From Negaprion brevirostris (taxonomy: Eukaryota), in assembly GCA_030324005.1 (NCBI GenBank), contig JARDVH010000193.1, positions 36,076,386 to 36,140,385 on the forward strand: DNA of 64,000 bases, written 5' to 3'. How positions within the stretch are numbered: position 1 is the stretch's first letter; each line of letters opens with the position of its first letter. The notes below the pieces were generated by a model. The model made no database searches and was not told where the DNA came from. It saw nothing but the letters and a program-made list of their open reading frames with translations. Positions 13,285 through 25,702 of the stretch are shown here, piece by piece. The translations under genes were made by a program, and so were the position numbers.

Positions 13285-13510
13285 GATTGTCATAAAGAAC
13301 CAAATGGTCCACTAATGTCCTTTTAAGGAAGGAAATCTTCCTTACCCGTTCTGCATACATGCAACTCCAGATACCCAGCAATGTGGCTGACTCTTAACAG
13401 CCCTCTGAGATGGCCGAGCAAGCCATTCAGTTCAAGGCCAGTGAAGGATGGGCAACAGATGCTGGCCTACCAGTGATGCTCAGTTCCCATGAAAGAATTT
13501 TTTAAAAACT
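13285..13510 (+). mobile_element. SINE body (ccactaatgtcctttt..ggaaggaaatct core) with LINE-shared tail
   Basis: 3' end ggatgggcaacagatgctggcc...cccatgaaagaat matches the LINE tail at 9110-9175. Confidence 0.75.
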
Positions 13511-14021
13511 GCACATCACCAGATGTATGTGCTTAAATGAAAACACGCTACCTCAATAAAAGCATTTGCTCGTCTTTTCATCTGACGTTCAATCGATTCA
13601 GGGTTACATAGAATCAGTTCCCAATACCCAAATCTGTGAATTTCTCACTAAAAATAAAAAATACATTGTAGCAGCCAAATATTCTCCATCCCTGGGCCCC
13701 TGCATTCACAGCTACAACAATTCAAATAGTATCAAAGTCAAATTGTTGACTGAGGGTAATTCCAGCTGGTTTTAAATCTTCCCTAAATGTAGATGTTTCC
13801 AAATATACAGTCATGCAGATGCATTTTTTTATTCATGAGTAAGCAGAAAGGTTGCTGAATGAAATTTAAGCTGAACTCATTTATTTTGTTCATTTTTTAT
13901 AATACCAGAACTAAAATTATTCTTAATGTGTTAAATTATGCTCTGCATAATCTGCATATTCAAAGATTATGATTTATACAAAAAGCATGAAAATTAAAAG
14001 CTTTTTTGTTTCAATTTGTAG

Positions 14022-14206
14022 GTGGACAGAATGGCTACAACATCCCTCAGGTGACTGAGTGTCCTGAGGTAGGAAAATATTTAAAAATGTCACCAGAGGA
14101 ACTACATGGATTGGATCCTAAAAGTATCCAAGGCTTTGCACGAAGACTGCTATGTGATGCATACATGTGCATGTACCAGAGCCCAACTATGAGTTTGTAC
14201 AAATAG
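14022..14206 (+). CDS. CYLD: CYLD terminal coding exon, (G)[22 protein letters not shown]...[21 protein letters not shown]
   Basis: Acceptor tttgtAG at 14020-14021 and stop TAG at 14204-14206; the C-terminus is the characteristic CYLD ending. Confidence 0.97.
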
Positions 14207-14283
14207 ACTGGTGTGATCCCTTTAGTATTTAAAGAGACAGCCCCAAATGCTAATTTATTACACTTAATGTCTAAATTGCATAA

Positions 14284-14289
14284 AATAAA
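14284..14289 (+). terminator. Candidate proximal polyadenylation signal AATAAA
   Basis: Hexamer about 80 nt after the stop, with GU/U-rich sequence downstream. Confidence 0.3.
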
Positions 14290-16329
14290 GTGAAAGTATT
14301 GCTGTAACATGTTTTGCACTGTAGAATATATCTAGTATTGTGTTCAGTAATTTACTGTAAGAGTAGATCTCTTTAAGGCCTGTTCCAAAATTAATTCATG
14401 TGTAAATAATGAATTTTTCTTCATTTAACTTTGAAAAAGTGTGTTGGTACTGCTTTAAAGAATTCTATACCTTTATAGCTTTAACAGATTTATCATTGAA
14501 AATTGTTTTATTAACTTACACAGCATTGGAATAGTGTTGACTAATTGCAACATGCATACTCTTAACTCACCCGTTAACTATTTGGCACATGTTGCTCAGT
14601 AGTGATCCTGCATTCAAACAAATTAAGTTATTTTTATTGTCAGCCTCCATCTGCTGGTGCAACTTGCCATGACTCCCAGTTCTTTGCAGTCAATCGCTAT
14701 TAGTCTATTTCTTGATGATGTTTTCCATCCTACTGTAAACATATGATATTTTCGTGCACATATAAACATTGTAATTTTCCAGAATCTTGGTTACACTGGA
14801 ATAGGGCTTGGTCTTGGAAAGTTCTAATTTTTTTCCTTTTGAACCTCGAAGAAAAAACATTTGTTAATGAGAATTAGAGCAACACTTGAGTTTAAGTATA
14901 TTTTTAGTGTTTGTATCTTTCTATTCATTTTGTGATAAGACTAACCGGTCAGATCCTTGCATCGGGTAAAACAGTAAAATGCAGAGATCGGAGAACTGTT
15001 CTTTATCTTTTAAGTTTTTATCATTACAAAATATGCACTTTGGGAAGCAATTCTCTCCTTATTTATTCTTGCACAAAGGAATCTGTATCTGAAGGAGATG
15101 TTGATCAAAGGGAAGCTACTTCTCTGAAGTAGTAAGAGAAAATACGGCTGAGCAGAATGTACACAACCTTTTCCGGCACCCAGTTAATGGATTGCATTCG
15201 TACTTGGACTCTGCCACATGCCATCCTAAGAGGGAGAGTTTGAAAAGTAAATTTAGATACATATGTATATATGAATAGCTTCATCATGATTGTACTATGA
15301 TCCCATTAATTTTGAAAATCAATTTGTATTCAGTCTGAGCTACATCTCAAAGTTTAGTATTATATGTATGGGGTCTTTATCAGTCTAAAAGTTCTTTGGT
15401 TGTTGGTAAGCATGTATAATTGTATTTTTATCAGAAAACTGTATATTGATATGGTACTTGAAAAGAAATAACTGGAATCGGCAAAATACCAAAGTATTGT
15501 CTTGTAGCAATTTGGAGCACCTGATAAACCATCAATCAACCTGAAACCTTAGCTCAGTTTCTCTCTCCATGAAGGCCGCTGGACCCTTGGAGTATTTCCA
15601 ATACTTTTTTTATTTCGGTTAAGTACCTCTAGCCTTTAACATGTCCTGTAAGTCAGATGACATGGGTTACACCATAGCCTTCAAATTTGGAGTTCGGTAA
15701 TTCTAAATTTAGTTACAGATTGAACTGCTATGCATTGAAGAAAGATAATGACATTTATTTCTGCTGCAAGGAGAATGGGCACTGGGCATTTCTTTGGCTT
15801 AGAGTTTTCCTAACAAGACTGTTGCACGTTGGTTTGATTAGTATTCTGATTCAGCATTACCTTTTTTGTGTGTGGAGTGCAGCCCTGCAACCATGAGAAG
15901 ATAGAGCATGAATATGTTGAAAATCAGGGGCAAGATTTTCCTTATAGGCTTTTGAACCCCACCAACAATCAAATGGAAATTGGAAGCCCACATTGTCTAG
16001 CAAACAGTTACTGACTCATTGGTGGTTTCCCCAAATTGACCAATTAATGGCCAGAGGGTGAACTGCTGTCCAATGAAGAATGCTGGACAGGCTTTTGAAG
16101 CTGGAGGACCATTAGGAGGCCTTTCCACTTGAAAACTGATACTATAGAATTAAAATAGAAGGTGTTGCAAAAACCCAGCAGACCTGGCAGTATCAGTGGA
16201 TAGAGAAACACGGTTAATGTTTTGAGTTAAGTGACTCTTTTTCAGAACTCAGGATGTCGTGGCAGTTTGGTGAGGAAGAAGGTGCCCCAAAATGGAGACA
16301 ACCTCTCTCTGTAAATATTTGAAATGAAG

Positions 16330-16646
16330 CAAAAGAAAGACTTGAATTATTTGGTGCTTTTCATAGTCACCTGCCATCTCACCTGATATCTCAAAACTGC
16401 TTTGCAGTTAATGAAGTACTTTTGAAGTGTAGTCACTTGTCGAACACGATGGCCAATTGTGCACATAGCAAGCTCCCACAAACAACAATGTAATAATGAC
16501 CAGTTAGTCTATTTTTGTGATGTTGATTGAATGGAAAATATTGGCCAAGACACCAGAGATGACTCTTCTTTGAAGTAGTGCCATAGAACCTTTTGCATCC
16601 ACTGGAGCAGGTAGATGTGGCCTCAGTTTAATGTCTCACCTGAAAG
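16330..16646 (-). mobile_element. DeuSINE (SacSINE1/AmnSINE1-related) copy
   Basis: Minus strand reads as the Deu core (cattgttgtttgtgggagcttgctatgtgcac...ctacacttcaaaagtacttcatt) with tail caagtctttctttt. Confidence 0.75.
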
Positions 16647-16797
16647 TCATAGAGTCCCTACAGTGCAGAAGGAGGCCATTCGGCCCATGAGGTCTGCGCT
16701 GATCACAATCCCACTGAGGCTCTATCCCCATAACTCCATACCCTAACTAGTGTCCCTAACATGGCCAGTCCACCTACCCTGCTCACCTTTGGACATG
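16647..16797 (-). mobile_element. HE1 type A 3' fragment
   Basis: catagagtccctacagtgcagaaggaggccattcggccc tail. Confidence 0.8.
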
Positions 16798-19194
16798 TCA
16801 ACACCTCCAAATATACAAAAAGGTGTTTGCAGCTGGATCACCATTGTGGGGTTGGGCGGGGTCACAAGTCAGCCTGTGGCCTCTCGGATCTCTCAGCCTA
16901 ATGGGATCGCAGCCCTCAGTCAATGACACTCTCCACTCCTGCCCTATTGGAGGCCATCTTCAGGCAGAAAAACTAGCCCCCACCCCCTGCAGGGATCTTT
17001 TTAACTGCCCTCTGGCAACAGGCCTTTAGTTAGCTGCCCCTGCTTGCGGGTGGGCAGCCTTTCCACTTCTAGCAAATGCACCTTGGAGTAAGATCGGCTC
17101 TTTCCCTGGCTCTGCCAGAAGGCAGTGCTATTTTTAGGGCCAGTCTGCTTCTATTGCAAAACCAGTGGAAGCTGCAAATCCTGCCAGAAATTTATCTCCT
17201 ACTCTTCCACTTGCCAAATTGGAGCTGATTGTGCACTGGAGGCAACAGAGAAGTAGGAAGGGAAACGAACCTTATGTTTCATATCCTCCTTCCCTCCCCG
17301 TGTCCTATTCACTTCCGTTATTTGTTTTTACCTTTTTTGTGTGTTTTCTATAGCGATTTTCCAAAGTATGATAGACCACCACCTTTTACCTTTTCAGTCA
17401 ATTGATCTATTACAATAATTCTGGTAGCAAGTTCCAAAATGGGGTATAATTTTGTTTGGTATGTAACTGTATTGCACAACTGGGAAATAGTTTGTTTAAA
17501 TTTAAAATTTTTGAATCAGTAGCTTTCACTTTGCATTTTCCATCTGTCCGATTTCTTGTCAGTTCTTCATGAAAATTGGGTGTATGACGGTTAGCACATT
17601 TGTCCTTTCACATTAGAAATTCCTTTAACTGTTGTCTGATTAGTCCTGTATTAAAGTTTATAACTCCCTTCAGTGTGGGTACAAGCCACAAATTAGTAAC
17701 CACACTCAAAAGCCATGTTAAGTGGGTGGTTGGTAGTNNNNNNNNNNNNNNNNNNNNGGAGCGGCTTGCAGTATTTTAGATGAAGTAAGAAGTTTGCATT
17801 GGGTCATCCTTTATCTGACCAGAGGTGTCTGCTATTGAGATTGGGTAATGAATGGCTAAAATGTTTCATTCCTTGGTATTAATTTGTTTCACCTAGGGTA
17901 CAAATAAAAACAGAATACAATTTTTTTTTTTCGGTTTACTTGATGGAAGCACAATGCAACCTGGAGCATTGTTGAATTCTATATCATTGTGAAGTAATCT
18001 TTTTGCAGTAGCTCAGAAGTGACAGGCTAATTGGAACCTGGTCCCAATCCTAGTGCTGTTCTATGAGAGACCATGGAGAGACTTTCTCGCATCACTTGGC
18101 CTTGACACCGCAGTGTGTAATTCCAGTGTGGTGCCAGTCTGCATTTAAAAGTAGTGATCTCATAGGTACTTTAAAATTGATAGTTCTTTTTTTGAGAACA
18201 TGCGCAGGGCTCTGTGCATGAGCGATTCCAGTCAGTTGGTATAAATCAGGTGTTGCTGGCTGTGAATTGATTTTGCACCTTCCAATCTTGGTGCAAGATT
18301 GGTAACACAGTGTAGGTGGCCTTACAGTGCATTCAGTCCTTGCATTTGTTTTTAAATAGCTAGATTCAGAATGATGACACAGGACTGATGCACAATTGGA
18401 AAATGAAGCAGCATTTTAAGAGGTGAAGCTGAACTTTGTTTAATTATGTTTTTATTTATTTGGTTGTGCAACCTAAAGAAATAAATATTGTACCTTGGTC
18501 CATCTCATACTAAACCTAGTAACTAATTTTTTTTAGTGCATTTGGTATGCTTTTGTGAATTTATATTCCAATATGATAAATGCACATGTAGCTGTGATAA
18601 CTGCACAAATATGCAATATGCGTGCTGTCATTTTTTTCAATCTTACTGCAACAGTTCATTTAGTTTTGAATTCCTTTCTAATGTCTAGCTTTTAAGTCCT
18701 CCATTGATGTATTCTAACATTGTGATACGTAGTCATAGCTAGTTTATTTTTTTAACCAAGGACAGTAATAGCATGCACCTATTTGCTTTGTTTTTGTGTT
18801 GAGTTAGGCTGTTTAAGAGTGTGATTTGCTCCTTCCATTAGAAATTACGATAGATTTTTTAAAAAAAATAGATTTGAGCTTCAAGTTCTGGTTAATTTTA
18901 TTTTAAATTGGTATCATTTCCTTTTGAGTTTTCAAGCCTTTTTTTGAATGGATCAAATAGCTTTTGGTGATTTGAAGGTGCAAAACTTTAGGGCAATGAA
19001 AAAGAAGGGTGATGTTCGAGACCTCATCTAAATGGTTGATGTCTTGCAGCAGTATGACAGGAGCACTGAATTCTGATAACTTGAACAATTTTAAATGATC
19101 CTTGTTCCAATCTGATTGCAAAGTCTATTTGGAACAAAATACTTTTCATTATTTTGCTTGTGTGATTGCCTTCTGTATCAAGTGTTCGGATTTT

Positions 19195-19200
19195 AATAAA
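19195..19200 (+). terminator. Candidate distal polyadenylation signal AATAAA
   Basis: TGTA upstream, then AATAAA, then GU-rich downstream sequence at the end of a U-rich block. Confidence 0.45.
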
Positions 19201-20359
19201 TTAAAATATTTGAATGACTGAGAAACGTGTGAAATTTTGGCACTTTATGTGAAAGTATTTTGTTGCTTGCATTATATATGTTCTTAAAATGCTTACAGTT
19301 AAAAGATGCAGTAGCCTATTTTAAAAATATGTAATTCAGTAGAATATATTCAGAGAACGAACTTTGCAAATAGTGCAATCATGTCCCAAAACAATACTTG
19401 TCCAAAAAGTTGTAATTAAGCTTCATTTGAACAACAAGTTGAGGGAGTTGATTCCCTTGTGCAATGATATCTTGTACTGTGGTGTACTTCAAGATTTAAT
19501 CAAATTTTATATATTTTCTTTTAGTTAAGATTTGAATTATGGCTCCACCTTCAGGCTATTATTTGAATCACATCTTTCAAAAATTGGTTTATTTTTGACT
19601 TTAAACATTTTTAAATATTATCAAATATTTGCATGTACAGGCAGAATATTTTGAGATCACCTGTGATTGTTGACAGAGTTCATTTGAGTCACCAGACAAA
19701 CCCTTAACCTTCACTAAAACTCCTTCATTAAGCAGTCACCTGAGGTTTACTGTTTTATGTCTGGAGTTGATGATATCTAATTTTGTGTTGTCCAAACAGT
19801 TCAAATTTTATCACTGTTTACAGTACCAAACCCTCATTAAGATCCGCACAAGTTACTGAGTGAATGAATTCACTGAATTCACAAATTAGTAAAGTCAAAT
19901 AATTGTTTACTAACCATGGAATCAACAATTATTTAAGTAATTATGTTTAATTAAAATAAATGGTTACAGAGACAATTTGGTTATGTCACAGTCAGCATTA
20001 ACTGCTGATGAGTTTATATTTGTGGTCAGTGATATGAAAATTATGAAATTCATTTAGGAATAGATTCCTTGGATAATTTGCTTTCTAATGCTGTTAAAAT
20101 GTCAATTCATTGAATAGTTTCAAATCTAGANNNNNNNNNNATCTAGAGATGTGCAGTTCATTTCACCCCAAGTTTTTGGATGCCAGAGCAGCTATTCATG
20201 GTGTTCCCATGTGTGGAATTGAAGTAAGTAACAAAATGTGTCTACCCACCTTATCTCCATGATTCGTAACATGTCCATAAGTGACCTCTCTGGAGCCCCT
20301 GGACACCATTTCTGTGCAGGCACCCTTTGCATGCTCCAGAGGTTATGCGTAGTGAAGTG

Positions 20360-20460
20360 TCACGTGTTCCAGGCACCTTGGGGGAATTTCAGTAATTTCA
20401 TTGCAATGTTAATGTAAACCTTACTTGCGACTAATAAATAAACTTTTAACTTTTTAACTT
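20360..20460 (+). mobile_element. Isolated type B SINE tail
   Basis: ttcattgcaatgttaatgtaaacc..cttgcgactaataaataaacttt. Confidence 0.7.
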
Positions 20461-20609
20461 TCTCTTTTTAAAGGTGTTGTCCCTATAAAAGGGAGCATGC
20501 AAGCTGCTGGATAATCAAATTTTGCTATTTATATGCAAGCTGTGGCACAATTGAAGAACGGTTCATCTCCCCGATTTAGTAATACCACCCTGGAAGTACT
20601 TGTATATTC

Positions 20610-20790
20610 ATTCTTGGGATATAAGCTTTGCTGACAAAGCCATCCCTAATTGCCCTTGAGAAGGCAGTGGTGGTCCTTGAACCGCTGCAGTCTATGTAAT
20701 ATAAATATACCTGCATGGAGTCAGGGAATTTAGGGTTTCGATGCAATAACAAAGAAATAGCGATTTATAGTTTCAATTCAGGATGAGAAC
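20610..20790 (-). mobile_element. Second LINE family 3' fragment
   Basis: ccatccctaattgcccttgagaagg matches 44740-44770. Confidence 0.65.
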
Positions 20791-21134
20791 CAGGAAGACT
20801 GTCATGTTTCTGGTCTGGTGCAGGAAGCCTTTGAGATTGACCCTCCAAAGGAAATGGGATTAGGTGCTGGAGATAGTCAGTTCCAAGGTACAATTGCACA
20901 AACCTGACAACAGTGCTGCAAAATGTTTACCAACTTCACTCAAGTGGTCAGGGTGACATCACATCATAGTTTCTATAGATAAGGGCCCTCAGTTTGAAAC
21001 CATATAGAAATATTATCATATCTCACCCACCACACCACATACCTCTCTTACAGGGTTCGGTGCAGCATACTTCCATCATTCATGCAGTAACACTCCAGAC
21101 TTGTCTGTGCCATGCTGATCAACTGTGCTTTATA

Positions 21135-21725
21135 GATAGAGGCATGGAATATAGCCTATATCAAACCTTCATAAAAACAGATTTAGCCTTGGCTGGAGTA
21201 TTGTGTCTGATTGGAAACATATCTTATGAGGCATGTGACAGTTTTGGAGGGAATGCAATGAATGATCTAAATGGTCCCAGCAATGAGAGACTTCAGTTAC
21301 GTGGTTAGATTGGGAAAGCTGGCTATTCTTGGGGAAGAGGGTATGAGAAGATTTGATTGAGGTGTTCAAAATAATGTACCAAGTCAATTGGGGGAGAACT
21401 GTTCCCATCCCAGAACAGCTGAGAACCAGAGAAGTGATTAAGATGATTGGCTAAAGAACCAAAGGCAATATGAAAACCTGTTTTTATGCAGAGCATGGTT
21501 AGGATCTCAAATGCACTGCCTGAGAANNNNNNNNNNGCCTGAGAATGTGGTGGAGGCAGATCAGTTGTGGCTTTCAAAAGGATCCTAACGAATAATTATC
21601 AGACAAGAAAATGTTTGTAGGGTTCTAAAAAAAGGTGGGGAGTTGGAACTAGCTGAGTTCTTAAAGTGAGCGGGCATTGACACGATGATTGAAATGACAG
21701 CCTTCTATACTATAACCATTCGATG
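21135..21725 (+). mobile_element. Decayed CR1 3' fragment
   Basis: RGMEY/LEYCV-like remnants and CR1 3' UTR. Confidence 0.65.
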
Positions 21726-22544
21726 ATTTTTGCATGGGAGAGCCATCTAGAACAAGCAGATAACCAACAGGGAATCAGGAATTCATCACTTCAGTGCCTC
21801 TCGTAGAGAATCCTCTGCACCAGTACACAAATCATGGAACTGCCAAGGCTAATCTGGATGACTTTTGCCTTGTGCATCTGCTTCACTCTCCCTTATCCTG
21901 AAAGGTGTTATGGATTGGAAATAATAGCTGAAGTGACTATGGCTTTTTCTTTCCATTTCCTTAGCAGCAACCTGATGAGTGGCTCTTTTAAAGCCCCACT
22001 TCCTAACACATTTCAGAAGTGAATAATGCATTCTCTGCATATTGCTGACCAATCTTGGCATTCTTGTGGTGCAGTAGACCATTGAATTCAATGATGATCA
22101 TGCACCTTCCACAATTTCAGGCACATGCGGCCACACCTGAATGTGCCAGTCCAGTTGCTTCATACTATGTTAAAGCAGAGTCTCCATGCATATGTGACTG
22201 GTTCCTTGGGCAGAATTTTCCCAGGCCAGGTGGGATTGTCATTTGGGAGCTGGGTCAGGACAGTTCCACTACCAGGGAATTTCTCAGGAGAAATGGATTT
22301 GTTCCCCACATGTCAGTGGTGGACAGAAAATTTACATATTTCAGGCCCTGATCTGGGTTGATTTCGAAGGCTCACCTGAACTTTTTTGGCTGCAGAGTGA
22401 CTGCCCACAAGCCTTTCACCCCAAGGTGACCTTATCTCCAATCCAAGCAGAGTAGTTCCCTCAGTTGCAGTTTGGCCCTCTTGTCCTTTTAAAAACTATG
22501 TTTACGGTTCTGAGATGCCCTTGGGCTTGAACTCAGCGGTCTTA

Positions 22545-22996
22545 GAGTCGTAGAGATTTTTAGCATGGAAACAGGCCCTTTGGCCCAACTTGTCCATGTT
22601 ACCCAGTTTTTAGCACTAAACTAGTCCCAACTGCCTGTATTTGGCCTCTATCCCTTTATACCCATGTAATTAAATGCTTTTTAAAAGACAAAATTGTACC
22701 CGCCTTTATTACTACCTCTGGCAACTCATTCCAGGCACTCACCACACTTTGAGTGAAAAAATTGCCCTTCTAGGCCCTTTTGTATCTCTGTCCATTCACT
22801 TTAAACCTATGCCTTCTAGTTTTGAGACTCCCCTATCTTTGGGAAAAGATGTTGACTATCTACCTTATCTATACTCATTATTTTACAAACCTCTAAAACA
22901 GTGGTCTCCAACCTCCTATCCGGATGCAGCCCACTGTGGGCTGGATGTGGCCTGTGGGCCGTAGTTTGGAGACCCCTGCTCTAAAAGATAGCCCCT
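22545..22996 (-). mobile_element. CR1 3' fragment interrupted by a hAT MITE
   Basis: Tail agagtcgtagag...gaaacaggccctttggcccaac; the sequence resumes after the MITE. Confidence 0.8.
22899..22978. mobile_element. 80-bp hAT (Charlie-type) MITE
   Basis: TIRs CAGTGGTCTCCAA / TTGGAGACCCCTG; perfect 8-bp TSD CTCTAAAA at 22891-22898 and 22979-22986. Confidence 0.9.
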
Positions 22997-23538
22997 ACGA
23001 CAACAGATGAATGAACATTGCTCGACAATCACTAGGCAAGACTGTTCCCTTCCTGTTGGCGAACACTTCAGCGGTCACGGGCATCCGGTCTCTGATCTTC
23101 GGGTAAGCATTCTCCAAGGCAGCCTTCACAACACGACAGCGCAGAGTCAGAGCAGAGACTGATAGCCAAGTTCCACACACACGAGGAAGGTCTCAACTAG
23201 GATCTTGGGTTCATGTCACACTATCTGTAACCGCCATGACTTGCCTGGGCTTGTAAAATCTCACTTACTATCCTGTCTGGAGACAATACACATCTCTTTA
23301 ACCTATGCTAATACTATTTCCACTCACGTTGTCTGCATACTTAAGACTTGCATAGCAGGTTAGCTGTAAAGACTTGCATTCTAATCAGCATTCTGTAAAC
23401 TGTGTGCGACTTTATATGCCCTTCTCTGATCAGAACCTTCCACACATCTGACGAAAGAACACTGTTTCCGAAAGCTTGTAAGATTACTATCAAATAAACT
23501 GGTTGGACTCTTACCTGGTGTTATGAGACTCCCTACTG
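22995..23538 (+). mobile_element. Penelope-like element 3' part: GIY-YIG C-terminus plus pseudo-LTR
   Basis: Translates LRQQMNEHCSTITRQDCSLPVGEHFSGHGH...EGLN*; decayed hammerhead motif at 23445-23480. Confidence 0.85.
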
Positions 23539-24165
23539 TTAAGACCCAGGCCAGTGACTCCAAAATGTTTTGTGAAGTTAGGCTAGACCTAAGTTTGTTT
23601 GTAACATGGGGGAACAAAAGGTGTTTCACTCCAGGTATAACTCAAGTGACGCACTAGAAAGTTTCTATCAAAGTTTAAGAACACAATTAGAATATAGCAA
23701 AAAGAAATTGCAATGCTTGTACCAATTACAAGACTTAACCATGACACAGTGCAACTCCTAAACAGCTGGCTACCTCTGCTGTTCCAATTTAAAACAATAT
23801 CTCACAGCCATACAGTCTCCTTCAAGATTAGTTAGCACAAATACAAGTATGCTCACATGATGCTGATTTCCAGCTTTGTAACACTTATGAGCAGCTTCTG
23901 AAAACCAAAACTAAAATTGAAAACTAAAATAGCTATCTCCATCGCCTGACCTATCAATTACCCAAATCAAGCTCTACTCTGCAATCCCTAGGAAACAAGA
24001 AAACCAGAATACATTGAATTAGTTCAGATTAATTATATTGCTTCAGTAATAGTAAAGGACACTGGCTACAGACAACACCATGCCAACAAAATGCCAGGGT
24101 CTGCTAAAACATCTGAAAGAGAATCATGACTAAAATACATTTCTTAAAGGCACAGCATCGTCACA
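23537..24165 (-). mobile_element. Solo LTR, same family as 61442-62230
   Basis: TG...CA ends, both similar to the termini of 61442-62230; no matching TSD. Confidence 0.7.
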
Positions 24166-24406
24166 CTGTACCTGTGTGGGTTTCCTCTGGGTGCTCCGTT
24201 TTCATTTCACAGTATAAAGATGTGCAAGTTAGATGGATTAGCCATGCTAAATTGCTCCTTTGGTTCAAAAATGTGTAGGCTGGGAGATTAGTAGGGTAAA
24301 TACATGGGGTTAGGAGGACAGGGCCTGAGTAAAATGCTCTGTAACGGTGTCGGTGTAGACTTGATGGGCCACATGGCCCCCATCTGCACAGAAGCAGTTC
24401 TATGAC
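24166..24406 (+). mobile_element. 5'-truncated HE1 type A
   Basis: V core and tail ttctatga. Confidence 0.8.
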
Positions 24407-25382
24407 ACTAAGGTGCAACTCTCCTCTCATGTCCTAACACCAGCTGATGGACAACATCAATTCTTCATCATTTCCCTTTGCTGGGCACACTTCAGATTGG
24501 AAACGACAACTCTCAACATTATTTCATTTCAAACAATAAAATGATTTCTTTCACATAATGAAATTAATGAAGAGAATAGGGAGAGAGAAATTATGACAGA
24601 ATAAAAATCTTTAGTTTCAGACTAGTAACTCCAATTCCTATTTTTTATTGAAAATTTACACTGCAAAAATCTGAGCAATTTGGCTGCAGTGTACGACTCT
24701 GCCTAGTTCTGCACATTTACTGCTGAAAATCTCACCCATGTCTTTGCTACCTCTAACCTTGACTCTTCTAATGCTCTGCTGCTTTAGCCTCTTGACCAAC
24801 TCTGATTTTAGTCACTATTATTAGCAGGTGTGCTTTTAGATGCCAAGGCCATAAATTCAAGAATTGCTTCCCTTTTCTCTCCTTGTATAAGACACTCCTT
24901 AAAACCAATAATAAAAAATTTGGCTCCCAGTAACATCCAAAATTCTCAGAACAGCACAGTAACGGGGGAGTAGAATCATATACTCTGAACAATAGTAAGG
25001 AAAGAAAAGAACGAAAAGTAACTTTCAGAAAAAACAGATATAATGGTTGCATAGAAAATCACAAGAGGATGACTAAACTTACTGTACAATAAGACATAAT
25101 AATTGTTGGCTGCTGTACATTATTTAGGAATTCAAATTATTTTACTACATTGCTTTGTAGAATACAACAATGTTGTTGACCATTTTGTATTCATCAGAAA
25201 GACTTAAATTTTCTCTTCCTTTTTCCACACCACGAAGGTTAAAAGGGTACAGTAAGAATGACTGAGTGAATCAACCAACAAGTTGAATGTTTTAAAATTA
25301 AGGTACCAAGACGTGAATATTTAGTTTGCGCATGTCAAGTTACGATTCAATGAATGCAGCAGTGATTTTTCAGCAATATGAT

Positions 25383-25702
25383 GGGCAGCAACGTGGCATA
25401 GCGGTTAGCACTACTACCTCAGCACCAGGGACCTGGGTTTGATTCCTGGTTTAGGCCACTGTCTGTGTGGACTATGCACTTCCTCCCTATGTCTGTGTGG
25501 GTTCCTCTGGGTGCTCTGGTTTCCTCCCATAGTCCAAAGATGGGTGGGTTAGGTTAATTGGTCATGGTAAATTGAACCTACTGTCAGAAGGATTAGTAGG
25601 GTAAATGAGGGTTACGGGAGTAGGGCCTGAGTGGGATTGTGGTTGGAACAGACTGGATGGACTGAATGGCCTCCTTCGGTGCTATAGGGATTCTATGATT
25701 CT
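25383..25702 (+). mobile_element. Full-length HE1 type A
   Basis: Head, V core, tail gggattctatgattct. Confidence 0.9.

Larger units (their letters stand above)
14207..19220 (+). other. Putative long CYLD 3' UTR
   Basis: U-rich sequence after the stop; AATAAA at 19195-19200 followed by GU/U-rich sequence. Mammalian CYLD also has a multi-kb UTR. The end point is inferred. Confidence 0.5.
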
